From Thecamonas trahens ATCC 50062 (lineage: Eukaryota > Protista > Apusomonadida), in the NCBI RefSeq assembly GCF_000142905.1, contig NW_013657648.1:326922-390921 (forward strand): a stretch of DNA of 64,000 nt, given 5' to 3'. How positions within the stretch are numbered: position 1 is the first letter of the stretch; each line of letters opens with the position of its first letter. A program made the translations under genes and the position numbers. Of this stretch, positions 1-11,016 are shown one piece after another. The notes under the pieces are model-generated. The model ran no database searches. It saw only the letters and a program-made list of their open reading frames with translations, and was not told the DNA's origin.

Positions 1-3000
1 CTGGCAGCCTTGAGCAGAGAGCGCTTGGCAGCGAGTGCCGCCTCCTCCATGCCACCTGGATCTGACGTCGATCGGTGGCGGACGAGCCCGCTGCTGACTG
101 GTCGCGTCACGGTTAGGCCGTTGTCCGACATGGCGTCGCGGGCGATCGATCGCCGGCGGAGCGGGACAGAACTTATTGTCGAGTTGAGCTTATCAATCCG
201 GCTCGTGAGCGAGCGCTTCCTGCTCGTGGCGTTGCTGGTGGCGGGGCGGATCTTAGGCGGGTCCGCCTCTGACAAAGAAGCTTGGAGCATGAGCTCGGCG
301 AGTGCGGGCTCGTTGGCATCGGGACTCGGCTTGGCCATAATAATTGTCGGCTGTACGGGCATGGCGCGACGGATAATGACCACTCCGTCGCCATCGCCAC
401 CATTACTCTCGAGCGAGTCGGCTGGTTCGATCGAGCACGATGCCGCCAGTCGATCTTCAACAAGCTTCATCGCTGCCCGCGACATCAGCACGCCATCGAC
501 GAGATGGGACTCGACAAAAGTGCGCGCGTGACGTGCGTCGAGCGCCACCGCGGCGCGGCCGTGGCAGTCGAGCACGCTCTCTACCGCCCGCACCACCTCG
601 TCGAGCTGCCACGTCTTGTACGTCGAGACCTCGTGCCACGTGTCGATGCACACCCCACCAACAGGAATGGTGGTCGCCGCACTCCCCGCCACCGCCACAA
701 ACAGAGCCGGTCCGCTCGGCCGTAATGGGCTGGTGGCCGCAGCAACTGCATGCCGGCGGCGAGCCCGGATGGCCACACCTGCCACCAGGCAGAGCAAGAA
801 AAAGAGACCGACCATGGCACTTGCAACCAGGATCATCGGAAGAGCAGGACTCGGCGCCGCGTCGACCGCTATCGCTTCCCCACATGGCCCGCCGCCGCAC
901 ACACCGCACGCGTTGAGCTCGAGGCCCGAGCTAGGATGCCCGTCGCAGCCGAGGCAGCTCCGTGAGTCGCCAAAGCACACGCCACAGACGTCGACGGTGT
1001 AGTTTTGGCCAAAGCATACGCCGCAGCGATCTTTGCCCTGTCCGCCACCAAAGCACACCCCGCAGGCGTCGACGTCCGCGTTGCCTCCGCCGCACACGCC
1101 GCATGTGTCCTGTAGAGAGTTGTTGCCAAAGCATATGCCGCACTCGTCGCGATGGAGATCGGCAAACGCCAGACTATCGGCCGCCGACCAGCACACCCCG
1201 CAGCCGTCCGTCCTCGCATCGCCGCCGCACACCCCGAGGCAGTCGTACTGCATTCCGCCGGGTGCACACGTCGTGTTGCAACTTGTTGCACCGCCAGCGC
1301 ACACACCACATGCGTCAACAATCGCACCGCCGTTGCTCATCGGCAGTCCATTGCAGCCGATACACGTCCCGCCATCGCCGCCGCACACTCCGCACACGTC
1401 GAACACCAAGCCGCTATTCGGGACACCGTCACATCCGGCGCAGCTCCGCCCGTCGCCGAAGCACACCCGCACGCGTCCTTGGCTGCACCGCCACCAAAGC
1501 ATACCCCGCAGTCGTCCTTGTCTTCGTTCTGCCCGTCGCACACCCCGCAATCGTCCATCGTCGCGTTGGTAACGCGCCCGGTCTGGCCACCGACGCACAC
1601 ACCACACCTGTCGAGCCGGGCAAAACCGTTGCACATTCCGGCGCAGTCGCGCACGCCGGACTCACACGGACGGGCAGCAATCGGCGCGGGGGCGCGGGTG
1701 GTGGCGGTGGCGACGGTGGCGGTGGAAAAGGCGGCGGGTATGGTGGCGGAGGGGGTGGCGGGAATGGTGGCGGAGGCGACGGCGGAGGAGGAGGCGGTGG
1801 CGGAGATGGCGGCGGCGGTGGCGGAGATGGTGGTGGTGGCGGCGCAGGCGTGACCAGAGTGCCCACGCATGCCGTAGTTGTCGTTCCCGACACACCCTGG
1901 GCCAAGTGGGCAAAGAACTGTGGCGGGAGAGTAACGGTAAAGGCACGAATGTCGGCCACATGCCCATCAAACTCGCCGCCGATCACTGTGGCTGGGGCAA
2001 AGCCGCCTGCGGTGGCAATCTCGGCCAGAAACGCGTCCGATAGCGCAGCAGTACCGAGCGGAAGCGGTGCAGGAATGCCGTTAATATAGAGCCGCAGGAC
2101 CTTGAACGTGGCCGAATACAGTGCCCCGATGTGGAACCAAGCCTCGGCGCCCAGCTCTGTTGAGACATCGGCTGAAATTGTGGTCGCGGTCGGAGTTACC
2201 GCGCCGTCCGAGACTGTGAACACAATCGTCTCGGAGTTCGCATCCAGCGCAAGCGCCCACCCAGGCGAGCCGCTCGTGGGAGACGTAGGGCCGCGCTGAA
2301 GAATGCTAGGCTGTGCAACGCCGTGGAAAGTAGGCGCGTTAACTCGCATCCAAAGCGAGAGGCTCAAATCGCGGTGGCCAACGGCATACAGTGCTGCCGG
2401 CAGCGTCACCGAGTCACCTGGCAGGATACCGGCAAGGTCAAGGTAGCCGCGGAAGAGGCCGTCGTCGAGGGCGTAGAATGGTGCCGCAGAGTCAAAGCCC
2501 ACGCTTGGGCTACCCGAGCTAACGGTTCCGGTCGAGCCGTCGATCGCGTCGTCCAGCATCGACGCCGGCGAAGCCGAGACAAAGCGCAGGGCTGAGAAGC
2601 CGCCGGGACTTGCGCCGACCGTCGCGCGCGTCAGTGTTGCGCACACACTCGCGTTGTGGCTCCCGCCGGACGGGGTCGGGTCAAAGCGCAGGCCATTGAG
2701 CGCAGCGTTGAGAACTGACTCGGTCGCCGACGCCACTATTCGGGTATCAGCCGTACCATCGCCGGTCGTGAACAAGATACCCGACGAGGTGGCAAGCGTC
2801 AGCGTCCCGCCAGTGGCGTCGAGCGTGAGCACCGGATCCACCGGCATAAGTGTGCTGACGCCCTCCAGAAACGGCACAATATCTAGCTCCGAGCAGCCAG
2901 CTGCAATTAGCCGTGTGCCGCTCCCCTCGAGATGCAGTGCGGTCTTGTCAACGGCGCTGGATCCGGGAGAGTTCAGCACGCTACCCTGGTTGAATAGCGC

Positions 3001-4290
3001 GGCCAGGTCTGGTGATGCCACCCGCTCGCCGCGCGGCCACGTACTCGGCATTGTCCAGTACACATCGGCCGACCCGAGTTGCCGCGAAGAGATGTCTGCG
3101 CCAGCGCCGGTTGCAGCTCCTGGTGCCGCCCGCACTGCGTCAAGCGCCTCAGCTCGAACCCGCAGATTGAGCGGACCGGCCTCGAGCGTCTCGTTGGCGG
3201 CGGCGGTCACGATCGAGGCCGAGACGATCCGCCCGCTGGGCGGCACGCCAAGAGGCGCAAACGCCAGTCGGGTAACAACCGGTGTGCCGGGCCCCGGGAC
3301 GTACGGTTGAGCGAGAGCATGACCGAGAAAGACATCAGCGGTCGGAGCGAACACTGTTCCGGCCGTGCCCATGCCCGAGCTTACTTTCAGTTCAAATGCC
3401 GCCGCCGCCGCCGGCGAGTCTGCATCCAGCGGCACCAGCAGCGGCATCTCGCCGTAGCCATCATCGACCGATACCTCGGTGGAAGAACCTGCTGTGAACA
3501 CAACCTGAGATCCATGGAAAATAGTCGGTGGGAGAGAGGCTGGGAACGTGAGGACTGAGGCGCAGTCGGCACACATAGACGTGACCTGCAGCATCGGCGC
3601 CGCAATCGGGCCGTACCACGACGTGGTGTCCGGCACGTAGCCCGCAAACTGGCGCGCTCCGCCGTCGCTCTCCTTGCACGACGACGACGGGACAGCGATG
3701 AGTAGCGCGACGTGTCCGCCTGCGGTCCAGCCGGGCAGGGCCCGGACGTGGTCCAGGAGCGGCGTGAGGTCCGGCGAGGTGGCTGTCGGCGTCTCAAGCT
3801 GTCCGTTGGCGCAGACATCGGTGGTACCCGGCAGCGTCCATGGGATGACGGGAGGCGCACGCGAGCGGCCCGAGAGCACGCCGCCGTCCGACGCACCGAA
3901 CGGTGCAGGTGTTGCCGAGTTCTCGACGTGGATGACGACGGCGCAGGCGCTGCTCACGGACGTCGTCTGCGCAGGCACAAGCGAGAGCACAGCCGCCGCC
4001 ACCTCGTCGGAGGCTCCGACCTCGAGCCGAAACCGTAGCCCGATCCACGTCGTGAGCGGGGCGTTCAGGGCAAGGCTCGTCGGAACGACCGTCGTTCCGT
4101 TTGCCAGTTGAACCGCAGTGTCCGTCGCAGCCTCTACGCGCGTCCGCTGCACCTTTGGGATCGCGCCTACCGGGAGCCCTACGCCTACCAACACCACCAC
4201 ACACACCGCCACGACTGCTTTCCACTGCCAAAGCCCGTGCCTCTTTCCTTGCTGCCGCCGTCGACTCGGCGGCCGAAGCATAGCGGGCAA
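1..4290 (-). CDS. Large type I membrane surface protein: signal peptide, two bacterial-type beta-sandwich repeats, cadherin/Ig-like adhesin module, LamG domain, Pro-rich stalk, Cys-rich DxCGVCxG repeats, TM helix, cytoplasmic tail (3' end beyond window)
   Basis: ORF 1429..4290 has a hydrophobic N-terminus (AVVAVCVVVLVGVGLPVGA) and LamG motifs (SLSLWMRV, WFHIGALY, LRLYING, FDGHVADIR). Coding continues via two single-base frameshifts (G5 at 1688-1692; CCC at 1466-1468) through many DxCGVCxG repeats and a TM segment (MILVASAMVGLFFLLCLVAGVAI, ~770-840). The frame stays open to position 1. Confidence 0.8.
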
Positions 4291-4375
4291 AAGTGCGGCT
4301 CGGTCAAGTGGTGGTCAATTGCCCGCATTTGGCTAACACAGAGCAGCAACGGGTCAAACCCAATTTGGCAGAGGT

Positions 4376-6274
4376 CTACCTGTCACCGCGGTTCCGACGA
4401 CGGCTGGACTTGCCTGCTCCGCCCTTGCCCTTGGCCTTGGCCTTGGGTCTACCTTGCTTGGCTGCGCCCCTGGCCTTGCCCATTCCTCGGCCGTTGCCCT
4501 TGCGGCCTTTGGCTGACCGATCACGGGCCCGGCTCCCAACACGGACGCGAGTCCGAGGCCGGAGATGCGGGGCGAGAACCAAAGGCTCCGGCTCATCGGC
4601 ATTGGCAGGCTCAGCCTCTGCGACAAGCCATGCGGCGAGAGGCTCGGCAACGGCAGGCTCTGACACTGCTGCGAGCACCTCGACCAAGCGGGCTCGGTCG
4701 ATCAGGAGTCCGCACTCTTCGAGCAGCCACGATACCATGAACGGCGCGCCGGCAATGGCGGCGGCGGCAACAGCAGCGGAAGCGGCCTGCCGCAGCTCGG
4801 CGCGCGGCGTATGGTTAACGATAACAGGAAGGACCGCGCTCGCAAGGCTCACGTTGCCCGCAGCACACATGGAAACAAAGCCCTCGAGAGCTACCTGTGC
4901 GCATGCGGCCGGAGAGATGTGTGGATGGCACGCAAGCGTCAAAAACGTGCTAGCACAGCCAGAGCCGACCGCAGCGTACAACGCGGCCACGGATGCAGCC
5001 TGATTGTTGACCTCGCAGCCGGTGGTGGCCAGCACAACTTCCAACGCCTTGGCTTGTCCGGCTGCTGCGGCAGCGTGTAGCGCCATCCGGTGGGTATTGC
5101 TGGCATCACTTGCGAGCTCCAACAGGAGCTGCAGCGCATCGGCGTGGCCGCATCCGGCGGCCCGCACGATAGCCCCACATGCAACGGGTGCGCAAGCTCT
5201 ACCGAGCCGAGCAACAAGAGCACGCACCACCTCCGTTTGGCCACATCCACCCGCAATGCCCGTCAGCATTGGCGCCAGCGTGCCAGCGCCGGTGTCGGCA
5301 GAGTCGATCGCAGCGAGGACAGCGTCGACGTCTCCGGCCATGCTCGCCGCAACGGCCGAGTAGAGCTCGGGCTGTGCCTGGCACATAAAGTCTAGCAGCA
5401 CAGTCTGGCACGCTGCACTAACATGCAACACGCTTACGAGGAGCTTATCGCTCATGATCGGGCCGACCCGCTTGAGCAGACACGCCAAGATCTCGGGGCA
5501 GAACGGGAGGTGCGGTGGGGCGTGGGGCGAGTGCGGCGCCCAGACAACATTCTGGAAGCCCAGCATGCCGACGAACAGATTCTGTTCCAGATGGGATGTG
5601 AACGCGTCCGGCACCATGTCGATCAGCGCCGCCACCATCTCCGGTTTCTGCTCCGCGGCCGCGTCCATCACCAAACACAGCACCAGATGGACGCGATGAT
5701 CGTCGTCGTCCTGCGAGCATAGCACACGACGGACAACGCCAAGATGCCCTCGGCGGACTGCCTCACGCAGAGCCTCCTTGCACTGCACCAACACGCCCGC
5801 ATCGGCGCCGAGTGCAGGTACCAGAGCGGCAACAGTGCCGTCGTTGTTGGCAGCCAGGGCGCGTCGCAAGACCAGGTACGAGCTGTCACGCGGGTCAAAC
5901 AACGCGTGCCGCGCACAGGTGCGCACAACAAGCTCCCGCCACGGTGCAGCATCGGCATCGGCGTCGGCAGTCGCACCAGCCGCGGAAGCCGCCACGGCGG
6001 TGAGCAGCAGCCGATTCACGGGTGGGGTGAGGGGGAGAGTCAGCGCCACATAGGCCGCACGCCATTCGCCCCGGGCGGCGCAGGCAGTCGGCCCGGCGCG
6101 GGCATACAGCAGGGCGCGGGCGTAGCCGTCGCCGAGGAGGGCGGCATGGAGGTACGAGTTGGTGGCGGCAAGGGCAACGACATCGCCGGCGGTCAGTACG
6201 CCCGAGCCATGAGCCACGGCGTGGACCAGCTCCGCGGGCAGGGTGTCTAGTCGCGGCAAGGGGGCGGGAGGCAT
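4376..6274 (-). CDS. F-box-like N-terminus plus degenerate ankyrin-repeat protein
   Basis: ATG at 6274 (MPPAPLPRLDTLPAELVHAVA, F-box-like LxxLPxE). Ankyrin-like units: ALREAVRRGHLGVVRRVL, AIVRAAGCGHADALQLLL, ALHAAAAAGQAKALEVVL. Basic C-terminal tail. Confidence 0.7.
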   Translation of the reverse strand: MPPAPLPRLDTLPAELVHAVAHGSGVLTAGDVVALAATNSYLHAALLGDGYARALLYARAGPTACAARGEWRAAYVALTLPLTPPVNRLLLTAVAASAAGATADADADAAPWRELVVRTCARHALFDPRDSSYLVLRRALAANNDGTVAALVPALGADAGVLVQCKEALREAVRRGHLGVVRRVLCSQDDDDHRVHLVLCLVMDAAAEQKPEMVAALIDMVPDAFTSHLEQNLFVGMLGFQNVVWAPHSPHAPPHLPFCPEILACLLKRVGPIMSDKLLVSVLHVSAACQTVLLDFMCQAQPELYSAVAASMAGDVDAVLAAIDSADTGAGTLAPMLTGIAGGCGQTEVVRALVARLGRACAPVACGAIVRAAGCGHADALQLLLELASDASNTHRMALHAAAAAGQAKALEVVLATTGCEVNNQAASVAALYAAVGSGCASTFLTLACHPHISPAACAQVALEGFVSMCAAGNVSLASAVLPVIVNHTPRAELRQAASAAVAAAAIAGAPFMVSWLLEECGLLIDRARLVEVLAAVSEPAVAEPLAAWLVAEAEPANADEPEPLVLAPHLRPRTRVRVGSRARDRSAKGRKGNGRGMGKARGAAKQGRPKAKAKGKGGAGKSSRRRNRGDR

Positions 6275-6511
6275 GCAGTGTGTTGGGTGTGGAGGGCGGG
6301 GTGTGGTTGGGGGGGCATGAGGGGAGGATGGGGGGAAAGGGAGTGCCAAACCACGACCTTTTTGCGGCTGCGTCAAACGCGGCTCACCACACACAGCACA
6401 CTGGCCACACCCCACTCTCACCCTCATCCCCCCACCCCACCCTCTACACCTCCCCTCCCCCACCCCACACACCCCACACACACCCTCCCCACCCCCCCAC
6501 ACACACACGTC

Positions 6512-9500
6512 ATGGTCCGGGCACTCAACGTGGCGGAGAAGCCGTCGGTGGCCAAGGAGGTCGCCCGCATCCTCTCGTCGGGCTCGTACTCGACGCGCAA
6601 CACATACTCCAAATACAACAAGATCTACGAGTTTGGGTACAACGAGCCCGGGGTTGGGGCCGGGCTGGATATGGTCATGACGTCGGTGACGGGCCATCTG
6701 GCAGGCATCGACTTTGAGGCCACGTTCCGCAAGTGGCGGGCGGTGGCGCCCGGCGAGCTCTTCGGCGCACCGGTGGTGACCGAGATCTCGTCGCCGGACA
6801 TTGCGCGGACGCTGCGAGCCGAGGCGCCGCGGTGCCAGTGGCTCATTCTTTGGCTCGACTGTGACCGTGAGGGCGAGGCCATTGCCGAGGAGGTCCGCGC
6901 CGTGGTGGCGCAGGCCAACCCGGGCATTGTGGTTAAGCGGGCGCGGTTCTCGGCTCTCATTCCGGCCCAGATCCACGGCGCCATGCGCAATCTTGACCGG
7001 CTCAACTACGCCGATGTCTACGCGGTGACAGTCCGCCAAGAGCTCGATCTCCGCATCGGCGCCGCCTTTACTCGCTTCCAGACCATGACGCTCTCGCAGG
7101 CCATGCCGGCCCACTTTGCCGGCGACAACCGGCGGCTCGTCTCATACGGTCCGTGCCAGTTTCCCACGCTCGGCTTTGTCGTTGACCGGTACAAGGAGTG
7201 GGAGGCGTTTGTTCCGGCACCGTACTGGTACATCCAGCTCAAGGCCAAGCTGCCCGATCCTGCAGCGCCGGACAAGACCATGCTGGTCAACTTTAACTGG
7301 CGGCGCGGGCGGCTGTTCGACTTTCCGGCCGCCGCCCTCCTGTTCGAGGCCGTCATGGACGAGCCAGTGTTGGCGCGCGTCTTCGACGTCGACGCCCACC
7401 GCAAGTCCCGCCGCAAGCCGCTCCCGCTCACCACCGTCGATCTCCAGTCGATCGCCGCCCGCAAGCTTCGCATCTCGTCGGCCAACACCATGAAGATTGC
7501 CGAGAAGCTCTACACGCAGGGCTACATCTCGTACCCGCGTACAGAGACCAACTCGTTTGCCAAGGGCACCGACCTCCTCTCGCTGGTGCGGCAGCAAGCC
7601 GACTCGGCGGCGCCATGGGCCCCGTTTGCCGGCTCGCTCCTCGCTCCCGGCGGCGGCACGTTCTCACCGCGCTACTCGGTGCCACGGCGTGGCGGCAAGG
7701 ATGACCACTCACACCCACCAATCCACCCAACCAAGGCTGCTTCGGGCCTCTCCGGGGACATGGCCCGGATCTACGAGCTCGTCTCGCGCCACTTTCTGGC
7801 TGTCTGCTCCATCGACGCCTGGGGCGAAGAGACCGTGGTCTCGGCCCAGGTTGGGCCTGAGGTCTTCACCACCCGCGGCCTCATCATCAAGGAGCGCGGC
7901 TTTCTCGAAGTCTACTCGCGCTTTGCCTCGTGGAATGCATCAGCCATCCCAGACTTTGTGCCCGGAACCGAGTTTACCCCGTCGTCGGTCCGCCTCAAGG
8001 ATGGCATGACCACGCCACCGCAGTTTCTCACCGAAGCCGATCTCATTGCCCTCATGGACAAGAACGGGATCGGAACTGATGCCACCATTGCCCAGCACAT
8101 CGAGACCATTCTCTCACGCGAGTACGTCGTGAAGCAGTCTGGCGATCGCCTCGTGCCCACCACGCTCGGTATGGCCCTCGTCGAGGCTTACACGGCCATG
8201 GGCCTCACCCTTGCCAAGCCTCACCTCCGCGCCATTACTGAGGCCGAGCTTGCCGAAATCGCGTCGGGCACGCGCTCGCACGACGACGTCCTTGCCAACT
8301 CGGTCAATGCCTATCGTGCTTTGTTTGAGCAAGTTCTTGCCTCGCGCGCCATCTTTGTGTCGACTGTTCGTCGGCGGATGGAGAACCTGCCCGACAGGGG
8401 CGGAGGCGGGGGCGGAGGTGGAGGTGGAGGTGGAGGTGGGAGTGGTGGAGGCGACGGTGGCGGCGGTGACGGCTCGTCCACCGCCGACATCCCGCTCAGT
8501 GCCGTGGTGTTCTCCGACAAGTGCCCGACGTGCAGCATGCATCCGATGCTGCTGGCGCAGGCTGGGAAGAACGGGCAGTCGTTTGTGCTCGGCTGCCGCG
8601 GGCGCGAGTGTGCAAACTCGGCGTGGGTGCCGTCGTACGTCTCGTCGATCGAGCCGGTGCTGGATGGGCCCAAATGCGCAACATGTGGTGCAATGTGCTT
8701 CCGGGTCACGCTCTCGCGGCGGCTCCCACCGGCTCACATGCATCTCTTCCCCGAGGCCTCGGGCTGCGTGGCGTGCAACCCGTCGCTTGCGGCACTCTTT
8801 GCCACTCGCACCGGGCGGCGGCTGGTGACAAAGCGACAAGAGTCGGCGCCGCCTACCGGACCAGCGCCATCGTCCGACTCGGGCCCCAATCTCGTCGCTC
8901 TGCCCAAGTTCTTTTCCAAGTCAGTCCTGCCCAAAGCGTTGGCGTCGTCATCGTCATCGCGCGGCTTGGCAGCCGGCGCGCAGCGAGCCCGGCGCGGATC
9001 GTCAACCATCCCACGCGCAGCTGCGACCAGCGGAGGTGGTAGGAGCGGTGGAGGAAATGGGGGCGGTGGAGGCAGCAGTCTCTCTTCTGCGACGTCGCGA
9101 CCATGCCCGTGTGGAGGCACCGCAGCGCTGCGGACTGTCGGCAAGGTTGGTCAGAACCAGGGGCGGCAATTCTGGAAATGCGGCAAGTGCAACGCGTTTG
9201 CGTGGGACGATGACGATGGCGGCGGTGGCGGCGGCGGCGGCGGCGGCGGCGGGAACAGCGGGAGCGTGTGCTACAACTGCCAGCAGCCAGGCCACTTTTC
9301 GTCCAACTGCCCGTCCAAGGGAAGCGGTGGTGGCTCGGGATACAGCGGTGGTGGCGGCGGTGGGAGCAGCGGGAGCGTGTGCTACAACTGCCAGCAGCCA
9401 GGCCACTTTTCGTCCAACTGCCCGTCCAAGGGAAGCGGTGGTGGCTCGGGATACAGCGACGGATCTAGATACGGCGGCGGATCTGGATACGGTGGCGGTG

Positions 9501-9879
9501 GAAGCGGCGGCGGCGGCGGGAGCAGCGGTAGCGTGTGCTACAACTGCCAGCAGCCAGGCCACTTTTCGTCCAACTGCCCGTCCAAGGGAAGCGGCGGTGG
9601 CTCGGGATACGGTGGTGGATCTAGATACGGCGGCGGATCTGGATACGGTGGCGGCGGTGGCGGCGGCGGCGGCGGGAGCAGCGGTAGCGTGTGCTACAAC
9701 TGCCAGCAGCCAGGCCACTTTCGTCCAACTGCCCGTCCAAGGGAAGCGGCGGATACAGCAGCGAACGGTCAGGTGGGCGGTCGGGCGGTCGCGGTGGCGG
9801 CGGCGGTGGCGGGAGTAGCGGCAACTGCTACAAGTGTCAGCAGCCGGGTCACTGGGCATCGTCATGCCCCAATACATAG
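6512..9879 (+). CDS. TOP3A: DNA topoisomerase III alpha with zinc ribbons, GRF-type zinc finger and five CCHC zinc knuckles
   Basis: TOPRIM motifs NVAEKPSVAK and WLDCDREGE; SYGPCQFPTLGF; catalytic GYISYPRTET; HPPIHP; GIGTDAT; GRF finger (CPCG...NQGRQFWKC). A single T is missing at 9719-9721 relative to the sibling repeats, so the true C-terminus is in ORF 9691..9879 (CYKCQQPGHWASSCPNT*). Confidence 0.95.
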
Positions 9880-9886
9880 TCCAGGC

Positions 9887-10810
9887 TTACGGCTGCGGCC
9901 AGTACGGGTTGTAAATGCTTGAGCGACTCGGACTGCGCGCGCACTCGAGCGAGTGATTCAGGACCCGGGCTGGGTCCGAGGCCCGCACAGAGGCCGACTC
10001 GGGCAGCGGTGAGCCATCCACGGGCGCAGCAAGTGCCGAGAGCGACGATGCAAAGGCCGAGTGGGTGCCGTAGCGATAGTCATACGAGCCTAGGGTGGCG
10101 GTCAGCGAGGGCGTGGGTGACGCGATCGGGAGCAGCGACGACGTGGCAGCATAGCCGTTGCCGGTCGGGTCGGGAGGCGGCGGGACGTGGAGCGGCTCGC
10201 GAAGAGCGTCGTTGGTGAGATGTGGGCGGAGGTGAGTAAAATCTGCAGCAGCCAGGCGGAAAGCCTCGCCCCAGCGGGCGATCGGCGAGAGCGAGCGCGA
10301 TCGTTGGCGAGCGGCTGCAGCGGTGCGTGGTGGTGGATGGCGAACTGGCGGGCGATAGCGAAAGGCGTAGCCGCGCGGCGCCCGGTTGGCGCCCCAGACT
10401 CGTGACGAGGCAGCCCAGCCGGCAGACGGCGAGAGTGCGGTCGAGCGCGCAGCAGCAAGAGCAGGCGCGGCAGGCGGCGGGGCGGGCGGATAGCGGGCGC
10501 GCCATCGGTTGACTGCTGCGTCGACGTCCCGGTTGCGGTGCGACGCGGCGCGGCGGGCAAGCGGTGAGGGTGAGCGGCAGGAGCGGCGGCGGCTAGTCTG
10601 CTGCAGCGAAGATGAGAGCAGCTCGTTGCCGCGGGTGCGGGCGGCGAGCGCGAGGGCGTCGGGCGTGAGCCCAGCCCGGGCGGCATGGCGGGCCCGAGCG
10701 TCTGAGGCGTGCCGGTCGAGGGCAGCACTGGTAGCGGTAAGCGGGCGGACGGGTGCGCTGACTGTCAGCGGGAGTGCCGCCGCCGATGTTTGTGGTCGTC
10801 TACGCGACAT
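9887..10810 (-). CDS. Hypothetical Ala/Arg/Pro-rich protein (307 aa)
   Basis: ATG-initiated ORF preceded by the C-rich leader typical of genes in this window; fills the space between flanking genes; no recognisable domain. Confidence 0.55.
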   Translation of the reverse strand: MSRRRPQTSAAALPLTVSAPVRPLTATSAALDRHASDARARHAARAGLTPDALALAARTRGNELLSSSLQQTSRRRSCRSPSPLARRAASHRNRDVDAAVNRWRARYPPAPPPAAPALAAARSTALSPSAGWAASSRVWGANRAPRGYAFRYRPPVRHPPPRTAAAARQRSRSLSPIARWGEAFRLAAADFTHLRPHLTNDALREPLHVPPPPDPTGNGYAATSSLLPIASPTPSLTATLGSYDYRYGTHSAFASSLSALAAPVDGSPLPESASVRASDPARVLNHSLECARSPSRSSIYNPYWPQP

Positions 10811-11016
10811 GGGTGGGTGGGTGGGGTGGGGTGGAGTGGGGGCGGGGACGGGGACGGGGTGGGGTGGGCGGTTGGCGCCGGCTTGGCGGGTGACAGGCGG
10901 GTGGGCCGGCGGGTGGGCCGGCGGGTGGGCGGGCGGACGGATTGTGTTATAGACGATGGTTCGTTTGTTGGGCCGTCGGGCACGTGGCCGGGGATACGGT
11001 TGGTGGTCATCGTCAG

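Noticed and set aside
9260-9879. CCHC knuckles as retrotransposon gag
   Set aside because: In frame with TOP3A; no protease, RT, integrase or LTRs nearby.
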